A program made the position numbers and the translations under genes. Under the pieces are notes generated by a model that was not told the DNA's origin, did not search any database, and worked only from the letters and a program-made list of their open reading frames with translations. DNA of 55,342 nt, counting the filler, from Squatina squatina (Eukaryota): assembly GCA_031763465.1 (NCBI GenBank). It is 3 parts of 3 records of this genome, joined end to end, with 100 filler letters (N's around TTAATTAATTAA, not from the genome) between each part and the next. Parts side by side here need not be neighbours in the genome. Positions count along the whole stretch, not along the records: positions 33,956 to 55,342 come from JARFOE010000004.1; 2 more parts are not named here. The stretch is one strand, 5' to 3'. Shown here one piece after another: positions 36,941-51,420 of the stretch (positions are counted from its first letter, which is position 1; every line of letters begins with the position of its first letter).

Positions 36941-38720
36941 TAGAAATGTAGAAAATAGGTAAGTCAAAAGATAGGAGTGGAATAGTAAAGCTGCGAGAGG
37001 GTGGGAGGGCAGGGTGCGAGGCGTGTTGCAGCAGCTGCTTCTTCCTATCTGCCAACTTCTGACATCACCCAATTGGAGCACCAGCTTTGGATTCATTTGT
37101 AAATTCCAAAATCTGTGCGTAGAATACAACTACTGAATCCCCTTTTAGACATAGAGAGCTGTCATGCAGTTCCCGGAGCCCAGAATGTCCAGATCTCTTG
37201 CCTAAAATAGCGTATCATGGAGATGGAAAAACATTGAAAGAGAACCTTCTGTAATAACTTGATTTTAAGTAAATGAAATAGGTTTGACAAATTCAATGGT
37301 TAATGGCCAGCATTCATTACAATGCAGCTCCACCTGACATTTGGAGCAAAATTCAATTGTTTTATCTTAAAATATGACCTTTTTGGACATATATCAATCT
37401 TAAAAATAAATACAGCTCCACATGTTTAAATCTGTTTGGACACTGTCTCTCTTGCTGTTCATAAAAGTCACTCCCATATTACTGTAATGCTGACATTTTA
37501 GTGAGTGGCATTAACAAAATGCTTCACTCTGCAATCTCAGATTGGATCATGCAGGGTCAGCTCAGTGAGACTTGTGATGAGCTAAGGAGGTGAGAGAGAG
37601 AGCTGCTGCTGCTGCAGTGAAAATCGATGGAATGCCAGGAAAATATCATATCTAGCTTCTAGGATCAGGGATTCAGCTTTCACAGACTGACAAAGCGATA
37701 GTTTTTTTTTTAGGTCCACACAGTATTAATTCTAAAATGTGTAACATTTCTATACTTGCATATTTCAGCAAGCTCCAAGCACTCTAGTAGACAGAATCTG
37801 CAGTGCTCCTTCACGGGAGTTTAAATTTGGGAGTTTAAATCTGCTGCAGGCATATCACAAACACGGCGACTAGGGTCTCATTAGCGCACAGTGGCCCAGA
37901 AGATAGTTATGCAGGTAACTGAGCAACCTTGAAAGGCATGGAGATTAGCAGGGCAAATCAGAATATAGGTTAATGTCATTCAAGAATCAATTTATTCCAC
38001 AAGTGCTTTCAAAGAAATTAATTATGCAGTTAATGACGACAATTCCAAAATGTTATCAGTACTTTTTTGCTACAGATTTATTAAATAGATTTTTATTTCT
38101 GGTGGTACAGTTGTCATCTGGCAATGCACAGCACCATTGTTACCATCAAACCTTCAGTCAACTCTCCTTGGCATTTATTTGAAAAATTGTTCTTATTACA
38201 CACTGTTATGGGAATTGCAGTGAAGAAACAGGCTTCAACATGGAGGGACATAATTCAGTTCCTAGCAGTAATGACATGCTGAAATTATGCGCAGCCCTGC
38301 AAGGTACAATCAATTCAAGATATACCATTTTGAGGAAAGTCCTTTGAGGCATCAAAACGTGTCATTTTTGAGGGCCTTTACACGCAATTAATTTTATGCT
38401 GATGATATTTCTATATGAAAAGCAACAGCAGGTAAAAATAATAATTGATGGGTTGCCAAGATTTTCAAAATGATAAATTCTCTGGTAATCGTAAAAGATA
38501 AGATTTTTTTTGCATTCCTGTGCAAATAATAGTTCAAGATTGTTAACACATAAAAAAAATCCTCTTTTTAAATTTTCCTTCAGGTGTGATTTGAATCTGC
38601 TATAAAGAATAACACAGTCCTGAAACTACCGTCTATGAGTTCCACTATGTGAATTAGGTTGCTGTGAAAGATGAACAACTAGGGTAATGAAGTCAATACC
38701 TCACCAACTGGGATAGCCTA

Positions 38721-39196
38721 GGGGGGTGAAATTCAGCACTTTTTAAAACCTCTTTATCACCTTATGAAGGCGTTATTAAGGTGCTAAATCATCTTTTGGC
38801 GTTAAAATGCCGATTTCACCCCCCTGCGAAATTCACCCCCAAATTTCTTTTGCTGCTAAAATGTAGCGCCTCGGCGGCCAGGCGAGGTAGTATTTTTGGA
38901 AGCGGTAGGTGTTGGTGATGTCATCAGTGCGTGCAACGCCTCCGTGGTGCCTCATTGCAAAATCCCCCAGTTTCATCACCTTAAGTGTGCAGACAAAAAC
39001 AATGCCTTGAAAAGTTGGCGCTACACATGATTCACGGGCCGGTCTGCCATCTTGCTTGATGGCATCAATTGTGCCAGCACTACCAGTGGGGGCAGGGGTA
39101 CTTGTCATGTGCTCCTGCCGCTTCAGGGTTCTTGAATGCTCACTTACTGAGTCTAAGTAACCATAATAGTTAACCCTTTCAAGTGCGACACACTTT
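38721..39196. mobile_element. DNA transposon/MITE terminus
   Basis: Starts GGGGGGTGAAATTCAGCAC and shares CCTTATGAAGGCGTTAT and GGCGTTAAAA with 55253-55342. Confidence 0.55.
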
Positions 39197-40001
39197 NNNN
39201 NNNNNNNNNNNNNNNNNNNNNNNNNNNNNNNNNNNNNNNNNNNNNNNNNNNNNNNNNNNNNNNNNNNNNNNNNNNNNNNNNNNNNNNNNNNNNNNNACAA
39301 ATTGCAGATAAGTCTTAAACTGAAATCAACAAGTTGTCAGTTTAACAATTTTGCAAGTGTTGACACTAATGAGAATACAAATATTTCCTCTGCAGTAGTT
39401 TTCTAGTCATTCTGCTCACACAGTCCAGAATCCAGACACAGATTACAGACTGCAGAAGCAAAATCTTTATTAACATTTCTATGTTGTGGGGCATGCTATT
39501 ACTAGTTTGCAGAAGCTTACTCTTACCATTGAATTATTATGAAAAGAAAGTGCACCAGTTTATATTTATATCTCAATTTCTAACTGTATAACTCAGATGC
39601 CGAAGACATACATTGGACAGTGTATTTAAACTGTACTTCATATTGCACTAGCAGTGTACAGCTTGACTAATCCAATGTGTCCCACATGTGTTCAATCTCA
39701 TCATACTGATTCATGGAAAAAGAAATAAGGGAAATTTAAATTAAAAAGTCCAAGATCTGTCTTACCCAAGTTTCCTTTCCCAAAGAAAAACAACTGGGAT
39801 CTGGGTTTGAATCAAAGTCAAGCAGATGGGATCAAAGGAGTTTAACTGAAAGGAGTTTGGGGAAATTTAGCCCAAATGCAGTTAATATAGATCCACAGAG
39901 GAAAAACACGATATTAAATGACATAATAGGGTGCAGACAGAGACAACATTGAGAATAATAGATGCCTCACAAGTTGGACCAACTGCTTTCTGGAAAATTA
40001 A

Positions 40002-40428
40002 AGGACTAGAAATTATGTCGCGCCCAGTTTGGGGAGCTAACTTTTCAGGAAGCACAAAAGTATCACCGAGCAGTAAAGATTGGGGGCGCCCAGTTGGCAC
40101 TCTGGCTCTAGCACTAAATGGGTGTAGAATGGGCGTTAGGGATGTAATGCTCGTTTCTGGCGCTGAATTGAAATTTGCGCAGTTTAGCGCCGGCGCTAAA
40201 TAGGTGCTAACTGAGGGGCGCTAGAAACATGGCACAAGATGCTAAAAGGCCTCCGTGATGTCATCAGAGGGCGCACAAACCAAAATGGCCACCCGACAGA
40301 GAATTGCACTCAATTCTTCGGGCGCTAAATGGGAGGTGACACCGCCTGTTTTTTTGCGGGGAGTAACACCCGTGCTGACATTTCTATTAGAGCGCAAAAT
40401 CATTGTGAACCATTCCAAACCTTTTTTG
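40002..40428. mobile_element. DNA transposon/MITE terminus with repeated GGCGC motifs
   Basis: Starts GGACTAGAAATT, is CpG-rich, carries recurring GGCGCT/AGCGCC motifs and ends at a gap. Confidence 0.5.
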
Positions 40429-41021
40429 NNNNNNNNNNNNNNNNNNNNNNNNNNNNNNNNNNNNNNNNNNNNNNNNNNNNNNNNNNNNNNNNNNNNNNNN
40501 NNNNNNNNNNNNNNNNNNNNNNNNNNNNTTTTTAAAAAACTGGTGAAAAATGCAAGATGGTATGCAAAAGCTAGCAAACGGACAAGGAGGGAAATACTGT
40601 CATCTAGTGTGCAAGGACTCATGTCAATGGAATCCGCATTAGAAAAGGATTAGAAATGCTCTTGTATGCCATCTCTGTGCAGTCATTAAGCGATCGGAGA
40701 CTCAGCACAGACCAGGGATCAGTGTCTTTACCCAGCGAACCATCAGGGAATTAGGATAGACCAGGGATGGTGGTGTTTAGCCTCTGAACGCGCAATGGGA
40801 TACTCACTAAAAGAAAACGAGAATTGCTGTTCAATTTGTGACCTCACATTGAGGACTGCATCAGTGTTTGGCGAGGCTGTTAACCTAGTTAGGTTTCACT
40901 CCTGCAAGCTGACAGTTGGTCAATTAGATGTGGTCATGTTTTACTGTAACATGAGGGACTGCAAGTATTGAGGTTACAATTATTGATCTATCCGATAAAA
41001 GGCACCTGGAGTAAGGGGATT

Positions 41022-41285
41022 ACATTACATAGGATATACAGTACAGAAACAAGCCATTCGGCCCAACCAGTCCATGCTGGCGTTTATGCTCCACTTGAGC
41101 TTCCTCCCGTGTTTTCTCATCTAACTCTATCAGCATAACTCTCTATTCCCTTCTCCCTCATGTCTTTGACTAGCCTCCCCTTAAATGCATCTGTACTACT
41201 CGCTTCAACTACTCCCTGTGGTAGTGAGTTCCACATTCTCACCACTCTCTGAGTAAAGAAGTTACTTCTGAATTCCCTATTTGAT
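41022..41285 (-). mobile_element. CR1 LINE 3' end
   Basis: RSNFFTQRVVRMWNSLPQGVVEASSTDAFKGRL plus the 3' tail. Confidence 0.88.
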
Positions 41286-42059
41286 TTCTTTTTCATTGGG
41301 CATATTTTCAGCAATTTCATTATTGCGATACTTGTTTGTTCTGTTTTCTCTCTTGTGGGTACTGACAGGACATAATAAAAAAAAATACATTCTATCGGAA
41401 AAGTCTGATCATAATTTTAAAACAGTGTGTTTATACCAAAAATCAGCTGTCCCTAAAGATTTACAGAAAATAGATATGTTTTATTGATTTGTCTGGCAGC
41501 CAGAGATTTATATTCAAACAGATATACTGCATGACCTGTAGGAAGATTTCAGAAATGCATGATGTCATTTTCCCACAAACTCACTCTGCTCAAGGACATT
41601 AGATAATTACAGATGCAGAAGGTCATTTGGCTTATCTTCGTTCATCCACAAGGAAACGATAACAAGAAGGAAAGAGCCTACCATCCGCTCATTTCAGCAT
41701 CTAATCATTTCTGAATTTATTCCAGGCAATTCTCCTCCAGTACTCTATCTGAAAGTCCCTCACATATGTTGATCACTCATCATGTGAAGAAGAAATTCCT
41801 GATATCAGTTCTCAATTTACTTTTACTTAAATCATAGAATAGAATAATTGTGTGAATCATAGAATGGTTACAGCATGGAAGGCGGCCATTCGGCCCGTCA
41901 AGCCCGTGCTGACTCTCAACTAGCTCCATTTGTTTGAACGTGCGTCATCTTGTCCTCCTCTCACAATTCAATTTAAAGTAATATTCCACTTATCTTTCCC
42001 ATTCATTTAACAATCTTATATACTCAGCACGATCATCTCTCAGACACATCCTTTTCAAA

Positions 42060-42172
42060 TTGAAGCCTCACAAATCTCATTCCTAGTCTCTTTCGGCAGT
42101 CTTGGATAAATATCAATCTATCCCTGAATATTTATTTGTTTTAAACCCTTTTAGCCTGTCTAGGACTTCATC
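42060..42172 (-). mobile_element. CR1 ORF2 fragment upstream of the RT domain
   Basis: DEVLDRLKGFKTNKYSGID resembles the CR1 EVLDKLxxLKxDKSPGPD motif. Confidence 0.55.
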
Positions 42173-43641
42173 NNNNNNNNNNNNNNNNNNNNNNNNNNNN
42201 NNNNNNNNNNNNNNNNNNNNNNNNNNNNNNNNNNNNNNNNNNNNNNNNNNNNNNNNNNNNNNNNNNNNNNNNCCACATGGTATGTGAGATTTTTCTTGTA
42301 TGGTTTCTTTCAAAGAACATCCAAGTCTTTCCCTCCTTTCCCTCATGAATTTTATCCAGGTGTACCTGAGGTTGATCTGACTGAAATCTTGTGCTTTTCT
42401 TATCTGCCTCCTTGTAATACATTGCCATCTTCTTTAAATGCATTTGCCAAGACTTCTAGTTGAAGACATGGCACCAAATCACACATAAGCCATCTATTAT
42501 AGCTACATGACCACTAACTTTATCAAATTCTTTCCTACATGGCTGCTGCTCCCCCCACCTGCTGCTGCAACCTTCAGCCATTCTTGGATATTTCAAGACT
42601 ACATTCCTAATTTCTAAGCCACCTCCTAAAGCACTACACTTGTTCACAGGGTTTGTTCTACTGAACCACCACTGCCCGGTTAAATAAGTTGATCCCATTA
42701 TTTATGTTGCTGTCAGTGCTGAACAGCATTGGTCGACAAATGTCCTGGCACAGGAGCGCAAGACCGGCATAAATGGCCTTGTGGAATTTTGGGGCCAATC
42801 ATTTTTATGAACAGGAAAAGGCCCATCTCTTTTCTAGAGGTTAACTCCCACATCCCCACATTGTCATTATATGCTTAATCCCTACTCTCGCCAGATATAC
42901 ATCTATGTGCCTCTCAGACCCATTTCTACTTCTTATTTCATAGGCCTTCCGTGGTCACTTATTCCACAGCTTGTTACCCTGAAGTGAAGAAGGTTAAAGA
43001 CCCTGCAGTATTCTCTTGCCAAAATCTGCTGGTCCTGAAACTGCCTGCTTGGAGATATGCAGGACTAAAGTTAATAGGTTAGTAAAAAATTAGAAGTTGC
43101 TGAAATGTCAAAAGCTTTTCTACTGGGGTTGAAGGCAAAGGAAATTGCTCTGTGATGTGAAATCAGTGGGGATGTAAAAATAAGCAAGCCTTTTCCTGCT
43201 GTGCTTAAATTCTTTAAGAGAAAAGGAGACCACCAAGAATTCATACCAGATGGCAGGTTCACAACGTCCAAAAACAAATCAGTAACTCTGAGAATTTATT
43301 CAGATGAAAAAAAACCCTTGTCCTCAGCTGACAAAAAGAAAAAAAAGACGAGTCTCCAGCTTTCTGAAACCTCACAAGAACATTCTCTTGTATTTTTTTC
43401 AGATGGTTAAAACATGCAGCTTTTGGCAGGCTGGTTGATTCTGGTTGATTTTCAGCCTCAAAATCTGTAGTGTTTCCTCTTGATGCGACTGACTTCCTTC
43501 TCATAAATCACACAAATTAGAAGTTGTCATCGGGATTATTTNNNNNNNNNNNNNNNNNNNNNNNNNNNNNNNNNNNNNNNNNNNNNNNNNNNNNNNNNNN
43601 NNNNNNNNNNNNNNNNNNNNNNNNNNNNNNNNNNNNNNNNN

Positions 43642-44348
43642 GGTTTGGAGATAGGCGACAGAGCGTGTGGATAAAAGGTTTGTTATCCAATTGGTGTGAT
43701 GTGACTAATGGTGTTCCCGAAGGATCTGTACTGGGCTCTGAGTTGTATATCCAAGTTTGCACACGTCACTAAGTTAGGAGGCACAGTAGGTTGTGTCAAT
43801 AAAAACCGATAGTTGCAAAGGAGTATAGACAAACTAAGTGAATGGTAAATGGAGTTCAAAGTAAGAAGTGTAATGTTATCCATTTGGGATCTAAGAAAGA
43901 CAAATTCTTAATGGTGAGAGACTGGATCTGTGGAGGAGCAAAGTGATTTGGATGTTCATGTACGCAAGTTATTAAAAGCTACTACACAGGTACAAAAAAG
44001 TAATGTAAGAGGCTAATGGAATGTTAGCTTTTATCTCAGAAGGGCTGGAATTGAAAAGTGAGGAAGTTGTACTTCAGTTGTACAAAGATTTGTTTAGACT
44101 GCAAAAGGAGCATTGTGTTCAATTTCCGTCACCTCAGGAAAGATATAGTGGTCTTGGAAGGAGTACATTGCAGATTTACCCTCGCAAAGCAAGGCTCAAA
44201 AGGTTCAAATTATGAGGACAGATTTAATAAATTTAGTTTGCATTCTTAAGGGGTGATCTAATCAAGGTATTTAAGATGATAAAGGGATTCAATAGGGTAG
44301 ATACAGAGAAACCATTTCTACTGGTGGGGGATCTAGACAAGTGGGCAT
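43642..44348 (+). mobile_element. CR1 LINE RT fragment
   Basis: GDRRQSVWIKGLLSNWCDVTNGVPEGSVLG, MLAFISEGLELKSEEVVLQLYK, MIKGFNRVDTEK. Degraded. Confidence 0.88.
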
Positions 44349-46344
44349 NNNNNNNNNNNNNNNNNNNNNNNNNNNNNNNNNNNNNNNNNNNNNNNNNNNN
44401 NNNNNNNNNNNNNNNNNNNNNNNNNNNNNNNNNNNNNNNNNNNNNNNNTAGCTGTCACACAAGAAAATTTGATGAGATTGTCCACATACCTCCTAGATCC
44501 AACTAAAAGAATAATCAGTTTCATAACATGGTCTAACACATCACTAATCAAGCTTGCATACCATTAGAAGCTGTCTGATGCCAGATCATTTATCTTTAGC
44601 CATTTTCGTTAAGGAACATATTTTTTCAAACTGTCAGGGTAGGAGTTCTTCCTTTATTTAAACCACCAGCTCCCAATGTGTATTATCTTCATATATGTTA
44701 ACAATAGCATTTTTTTTAGTAAAGGTTTAGAATAATTTGAACTGGTTGACGGACATTTCATTATTTTACTTTCAAGTCGCTGCTATTTTTCAATTGTGAA
44801 ATCTAGGTGAATGATCAAGGTCCATAGTACGAGATATCACGAATGTCAATAAAAGGAGGTACGGTAACAGTAATGATGCCAAGCTTGGGTTTTAAGAGTT
44901 GCAGATTGTTGGAGGAAGGGAATACCATAAGAAGTTAGCAATTCTATGGTTTAAGAGCCGGAGAAAGAATTAGTTGGAAAACTGCAATGAATCTTGTGTG
45001 GTAATTTTCCGACTTTGTGATCATGGCAGGGAGCTTTGCCTGCTGAAAACACTAATTGGCAATTCTGGCACTGTTGTGCACATTTGTCTGGCCCCCATTA
45101 TGGTCAGAAAAATTGCACACAGTGAGTACATTAATTTCTAATATGCATTCTTTGTTGGCACAGCTCCAACTGAGGATTGTGAATAATGATCCCTTTGATT
45201 TCTATAAAGGGAAGATGCTGAGAGGAGGGACCCATTTGAGCAGCGGCACGCTAGTAATGCAAGGTCCTGAAATGGTGTGATTTGTGCGCCGTTTCAGCAC
45301 TGGTGTGAAAATTCGCATAATTGGTCCACTTAACAATTGTTTTTTGTCGTGGTGCTAATGGTGTGTCATTTCAGCGCAACTCNNNNNNNNNNNNNNNNNN
45401 NNNNNNNNNNNNNNNNNNNNNNNNNNNNNNNNNNNNNNNNNNNNNNNNNNNNNNNNNNNNNNNNNNNNNNNNNNNNNNNNNNAAAGACATGTTTTTGACA
45501 AAACTCCGATCCATGGAATTTGAATGAGGAGATAAAATACACTTTGATTAAAACTAAGGTTCAAGAAAATTCACCTGGGACAAAGTGGGAGACTTTTAAA
45601 AACACAGTTAACATATTATGAAAAACATCTTGGTATGTTATCATTACACTTCAGATTGAAAAATGAAAGGCTGCAGAACAGAGACCATCTTGAGAAAGTA
45701 TATCGCTATCCAACCCATTAGACCTTATGGGATTAAATATGAAATTAGATTGCTGAGTATGAAAGAGACAACTTAATGAACAGGATTCATTATATTTGAG
45801 CCTGAGGCTTTTAAAAATAAAGACACAGCTGTTTTCCCTTAATCATTAAATTTTAAACCTTCTTCTGTAAGTTACTTTATATTTTCCAATATTTTAATTA
45901 GTAGTGCAGCACCAAATATATGCTTGGTAGAGGTACAGTTGAAGGCTCTTCTCCCATTCTGTTTGAAAACACAATGTGATCCTGGTGTTCTGCAGGTAGA
46001 GGCAGCTAATTGTTATTTCACTTCTGTGCAATGCGAGAAAATACAGATTTCTATCAAGAATGAATAAATGAATGGATACATCCTAATTCAAAGAATAAGA
46101 TACATCTTATTAAATCTTCTGAAGTTATGGTGGAGATCAGAACAACCCTGAGGGAGATTCAAGGCCAATATTTCTGTTTCCTTTATTTATGAAAAGAATT
46201 GACAGAAGAAATGGTTGGGTACAGCTTCTTGTCCAGTTATACTGCAGCATTTGGAAGGTGATTAACAGCACAGCGTAAACAAGCAACCGCACTTATGATG
46301 GCCCCCTGGATCGCTGTTGAGTGTGGCAAAGGCAGGATTCTGTG

Positions 46345-47028
46345 CGTACCTTGGTGTCCATATACTCAAATCTTTAAAGGTGGCAGGACAAGTTGATAAG
46401 ATGGTTAAAAAAGCACATGGGTTACTTGGGTTTATAAATAGTGGAATAGAATATAAAAGCAAAGAGATCATGTTAGAACTTTATAAATCACTGGTTAGGC
46501 TTCCACTGGAGTATTGTGTACAATTCTGGGCACCACACTTCAGGAAAGATGTAGAAAGGGTACAGCGACGGTTTACTAGGATGTTACCAGGGATGAGGGA
46601 CTGCAGTTGTGAGGGGAGGTTGGAAAAGTTAGGACTGTTCTCCTTGGAACATAGAAGGTAGAGGTGACCCAATAGAGGTTTTCAAGATGATCAAAGGTTT
46701 TGATAGAATAAACAAGGAAAAATATTCCCTCTGGTGACTGGATCAATAACCAGAGGTCACAGATTTAAAATCATTGGGAAAAGATCGAGAAGGGCGATGA
46801 GGAGAAATGTTTTCACTCCGAGAATTGTCGGGATCTGGAATGCTCGACCTGAGAAGATGGTGGATGCGGATTGCATAATTTTAACAGGGAGTTGGACGAG
46901 TACTGGAGGATGAGGAACTTACAGGGTTACGGACGAAAAGCGGGGGTTTGGGACTAAGCACGACTGCTCTTTCAAAGAGTCAGCACAGGCTCAATGGACC
47001 GAATGGCCTAAGTTTTTATGATTCTATA
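46345..47028 (+). mobile_element. CR1 LINE 3' portion
   Basis: LGVHILKSLKVAGQVDKMVKKAHGLLGFINSGIEYKSKEIMLELYKSLVRLPLEYCVQFWAPHFRKDV through to the tail GACCGAATGGCC...TATGATTCTAT. Confidence 0.92.
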
Positions 47029-49865
47029 AGGGATAGAGAGGCTGTGGAACCTGTAGGAATAGGCCATAGCATGGACTGATACAAGTGCGGCTGGCTTAAC
47101 TTTTTTTGGTTCCCTCAGTACTCCTAGATTTCCTCACAGCTGATTAAAATAAAAGTATCTCCTCCTGCACTTAATATTCATTTTAAAAAAAGCATCACCT
47201 CCAGCCCAAATGATGGGCTTCACTTTAATGTCATTTGTTTTACAAAAAGGATCATTAATCGAGGCCTTATTTAATACTCTTAGCCTGTGTTACAATCGGT
47301 TCTGCAATATATTAAAATGCAGGTATCAAAGAAGTACAGAGTTAAAATCCAACAAAACGATGGGAGCTCAATTTCTTTTGNNNNNNNNNNNNNNNNNNNN
47401 NNNNNNNNNNNNNNNNNNNNNNNNNNNNNNNNNNNNNNNNNNNNNNNNNNNNNNNNNNNNNNNNNNNNNNNNNNNNNNNNGACTCCTACGGGATACTTGA
47501 GACATCTCAAAATTTGCCAAAGGAAGTCTTCAAAAAATTCAAGAGTGAGCAAAACAAGTTGTGGAACTGTGAGCAGCCAAGCTTTTATGAGAAACAAGGC
47601 AGTGGGAATGCAATTGGTTAACAAGATGTGTCACATGAAATTGGCAGCAAAATTCAAAAGAGCGACCCTCCAGTGCTTCTTTGCAGCTCTTAGCGCTTGC
47701 AACAATGCCACAGAAACTTACACCAATTTTGCGAAAACCAGGTGATCGGGGCGCCGGGCGCAATTGGGGCGCTATTCTGTGCTGCAGCGTTTGCAGCACG
47801 GCGTTCATGAATTTCGGCTCCCTAGTATTTGAATATTTCTGCTAACTTTCTGAGTGCATAACAGTCAAACCTTTAAACATTAAATAATTGAAATTATATG
47901 AAACTGCCATCGCTTTGCATTTGCATCAACATGCATACTTATATAACTAGGTTGCAGATAATGATTAGCATATTTAATGTTCATTAGGCTGGATTAAAAA
48001 GGAAGAGAACAAGAACTGACTCCTTCCAAAATAAATAGATGTCAATCAATTTAGTTAAGTGCATCCGGAAAAATAGATATTATGCATAGATTGTTGAAAG
48101 TGCTACAAAATGCACCATAAAATATGTAGTACATGCAGCTTATGATTTTGATTAGTATTTTCTTAAAATGTCATTAGGAAAAGGTTTCCATACATTTCCC
48201 TTTCCTAGACATGCTCTGGACCTTTCGTGAAACAATTGCATTATCTCCTCCTTGTGCTCCTCTAAACACTTCCTTGATCATCTTCATTTAATAAGCTATT
48301 CAAATTTCCTTTCAGCAGGCTATTTACTGAAGAGCTCTCTTTAAAAAAAAATCAGCTGAGTATAGAGTTTGGTTGAATTTTCATTTACAAAGAGAATCAG
48401 GAATTGATGAGTAGGACTGTTGAAAAAGGGATAATTACTCTGTGAAATATTTATAAAGAGGCAAGGCATTAATTATGATGATATCAGTGAAGTAACTGTT
48501 GCCTTCTGGCAACCATTTTGTGTTTTATTTGGATTTGTTTTTCCTTTACCCAGCAGCAAATTAAGTTCTGTGAAACGGCATAATTCATAATATAAAATCT
48601 TGCAAACTGAAATAATTCAGTCAACAAGTAGAAATGAATGAACAGTTATATAAAATTTGGAAGGTATACAAATAACTCAATTTAATATACTTTTCTTAGG
48701 ATCAGTTCTCAGTATAAATTGATTAAGTTATTTCTGCCAATTTAGAGCTAGTGACTTTGTTGAAATAAAAATTTGAAGAATCCCAAACAACCACATTTAC
48801 CAATCTGTTAAAAATAGAACACAAAGGGATTTCTATTCCTTCACATCACGGTGCTGATGACTTTTCATGGCTTCATCCCTACATTATTGTGGGGGCCCAA
48901 TTGGTCTCAAAATGTTGACACTAATCGGGTGCGGAAATGGCGTTCAGGCTCTAATACCCGCNNNNNNNNNNNNNNNNNNNNNNNNNNNNNNNNNNNNNNN
49001 NNNNNNNNNNNNNNNNNNNNNNNNNNNNNNNNNNNNNNNNNNNNNNNNNNNNNNNNNNNNNTATATCCTCAGATAATTAACTTGGTGGGCTTGTTTCTTT
49101 CCCTCATCTGCCAAGCTTTCGAGCAGACTTGGCTTGTGAACCTATAAAATGGCATGTAATAAAATGTATCTTTTTAGTGGTCTCGCGACATATTTCTCAC
49201 TCTTACTCCTGAGCTCATTAAACATGCCAAATCACAATGCAGTCACAATAAAACTGCTACTGTCATAACGCGTCTAAAAATTCCTTTGTTGTCTCCCATT
49301 CGTTCATATGTCAGTTGGAGGGTTACTCTTCCTACTTCAGCAAGAAATGTAAAATAACATTTGACTGCAGCATCCTCGCTGCCGTAAAAACATTTCAGAT
49401 TAAGATAACTCAAGTAACAATAAAAAGAAAGGTTGTCAGCAGAAATACTACAATAAAAATGTGGCTGTGTTAACCTCAGGGCAGCTGCAACCTTTATCGG
49501 CTTTGAGTAAGCTCATAACAGTTAATGCTTCATTTTATTTGCCCACTATAAACATGTTCTTAATGTTGGATAAAGCTGTAATACACCAACTATGTAGCTG
49601 CTTAAGAAACAGTGTGATATCAATGCTGCAAATAATTATCATGTGTTTAATAAAATGTTGAATCACTATAATAATGAATTAGTAATGGTCCAGTGAAGCT
49701 GTGAATACAGAAGTATAACTAGTTCATAAAGCTTTTATAATGTTGTGTAATGTGTTATTAATTTTTATTCTATGGGAATTAGTGATAATTTCACAGACCA
49801 AATAAGTGAATGTGAAAAACAATAATTCAAAACAGTATGGTGGAAGCATATTGGGAGACTTGGAA

Positions 49866-50010
49866 AGAAAGACTTGCATTTATATTGTGCCTTTCATGAC
49901 CATCAACAGTCCTAAAGTGCTTTACAGCTAATGAAGTACTTTTGGAGTGTAGTCACTGTTGTAATGTAGGGAATACAGCAGCCAAAGTGCGCACAGCAAG
50001 CTCCCACAAA
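49866..50010 (-). repeat. Deu-type SINE 3' end with L2-like tail
   Basis: Minus strand TTTGTGGGAGCTTGCTGTGCGCAC...CCTACATTACAACAGTGACTACACTCCAAAAGTACTTCATT...ATAAATGCAAGTCTTTCTT. Confidence 0.75.
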
Positions 50011-51097
50011 NNNNNNNNNNNNNNNNNNNNNNNNNNNNNNNNNNNNNNNNNNNNNNNNNNNNNNNNNNNNNNNNNNNNNNNNNNNNNNNNNNNNNNNNNN
50101 NNNNNNNNNNTCACTTATGCAGTCCAATTTCTTTTAAGAATATGTGACAAATGTTTAGCAGCAACAACAGCATTTTGAAAGTACATTGCAATCACATTTA
50201 TGTCACAAGACTATTTTGCAACAAAATTGCTAGTTACAAATAACGTCCCAATTTCACTAAAGATTCACTCCATGGGTATTTATATGGCAGCTATTTTCCC
50301 TGTATTACTTTCATCAGTGTACATCTTTTCTTGTTAGGCACAAACTCCACTACATTTTTTTAAAAAGCTTGCATATATGTAACAGCTCCAAAGAAAAGAG
50401 AGAGACAAAACATATTCTAGTCAACCAAATAAGTGTGAGAATTGTAGCAGAAGGAACCATTAATCTCCAGCTATATATATCCAAAAGTGAAGATAGCTGT
50501 CAGTTTGTAACAAGGTATATTTCATTGACTATGTTCTGCAGAAGAAGATAAACGTGCTCTTCTGTTCAGTCACATTAAGTGCTGCTGCTCCTTTCCCTTT
50601 GTTACTTACTTGCACTGCATTTTTATAATATGGACAAAGTATGTATCATGAAACAAAAAATTGCAATCTGTTTTTTTTTATTGCTGTCACAAAAGGTCAC
50701 CATATACACTGTTCTGGATTTATCAGAAGACATAGCCTGTGAAGTACTCCAAAAGCACAATCGTTCTTTGATACCAATGATTTGTCATAGTTTTATTTAT
50801 GCTTGCAGCCACAATCAATCCACCATTAAAGCTGCTTAAAAAAATGAATAAATGAATTACAGAAAATGGCAGAAACACTCAGTAGGTCAGGAGCATTGGT
50901 GGAGAGAATAGACAAGTTAGCATTTCAGATGTGGGCCCTTTTTCAGAATTGGATGAAAATACAGCTAAAAGCATGTAAAAAGGAACAAACACATGCCAAG
51001 CTGTCTTGAAGTAGGGCCCCTTTATCGGAACACACCACCGGCAGGGCAGTCTTCAATCTTGTTGTTGATCTGCTTTCTTCTTCTCTTAGGCTGTTGG

Positions 51098-51420
51098 ATT
51101 ATAGAATCATAGAATAGTGCAGCACAAAAAGAGGCCATTCAGCTCATCGAGTTTGCGCTGGCTCTTTTGAAGAGCAATCCAGTTAATCCCACTCCCCTGC
51201 TCTTTCCCTATATTGCTGCAATTTATTCTCTTTCAAGTATTTATCCAATTCCCTTCTGAAATCTACTATTGAATCTATATCTAACACATCAGGCAGTGCA
51301 TTCCAAATCCTCACCACTTGTTGCGTTAAGTCGTTTTTCCTCATGTCACCTCTGGTTCTTTTGCCAATCAAAAGTCTGTGCCCTCTCGTTATCATCCCTT
51401 CAGCCATTGGAAATAGTTTT
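51098..51420 (-). mobile_element. CR1 LINE 3' end
   Basis: TRGHRLLIGKRTRGDMRKNDLTQQVVRIWNALP...FRRELDKYL plus an ATAGAATC tail. Confidence 0.88.

Noticed and set aside
38584-38660. Strong plus-strand acceptor TTTTCCTTCAG as a coding exon
   Set aside because: Stops follow quickly in all three frames and there is no convincing donor.
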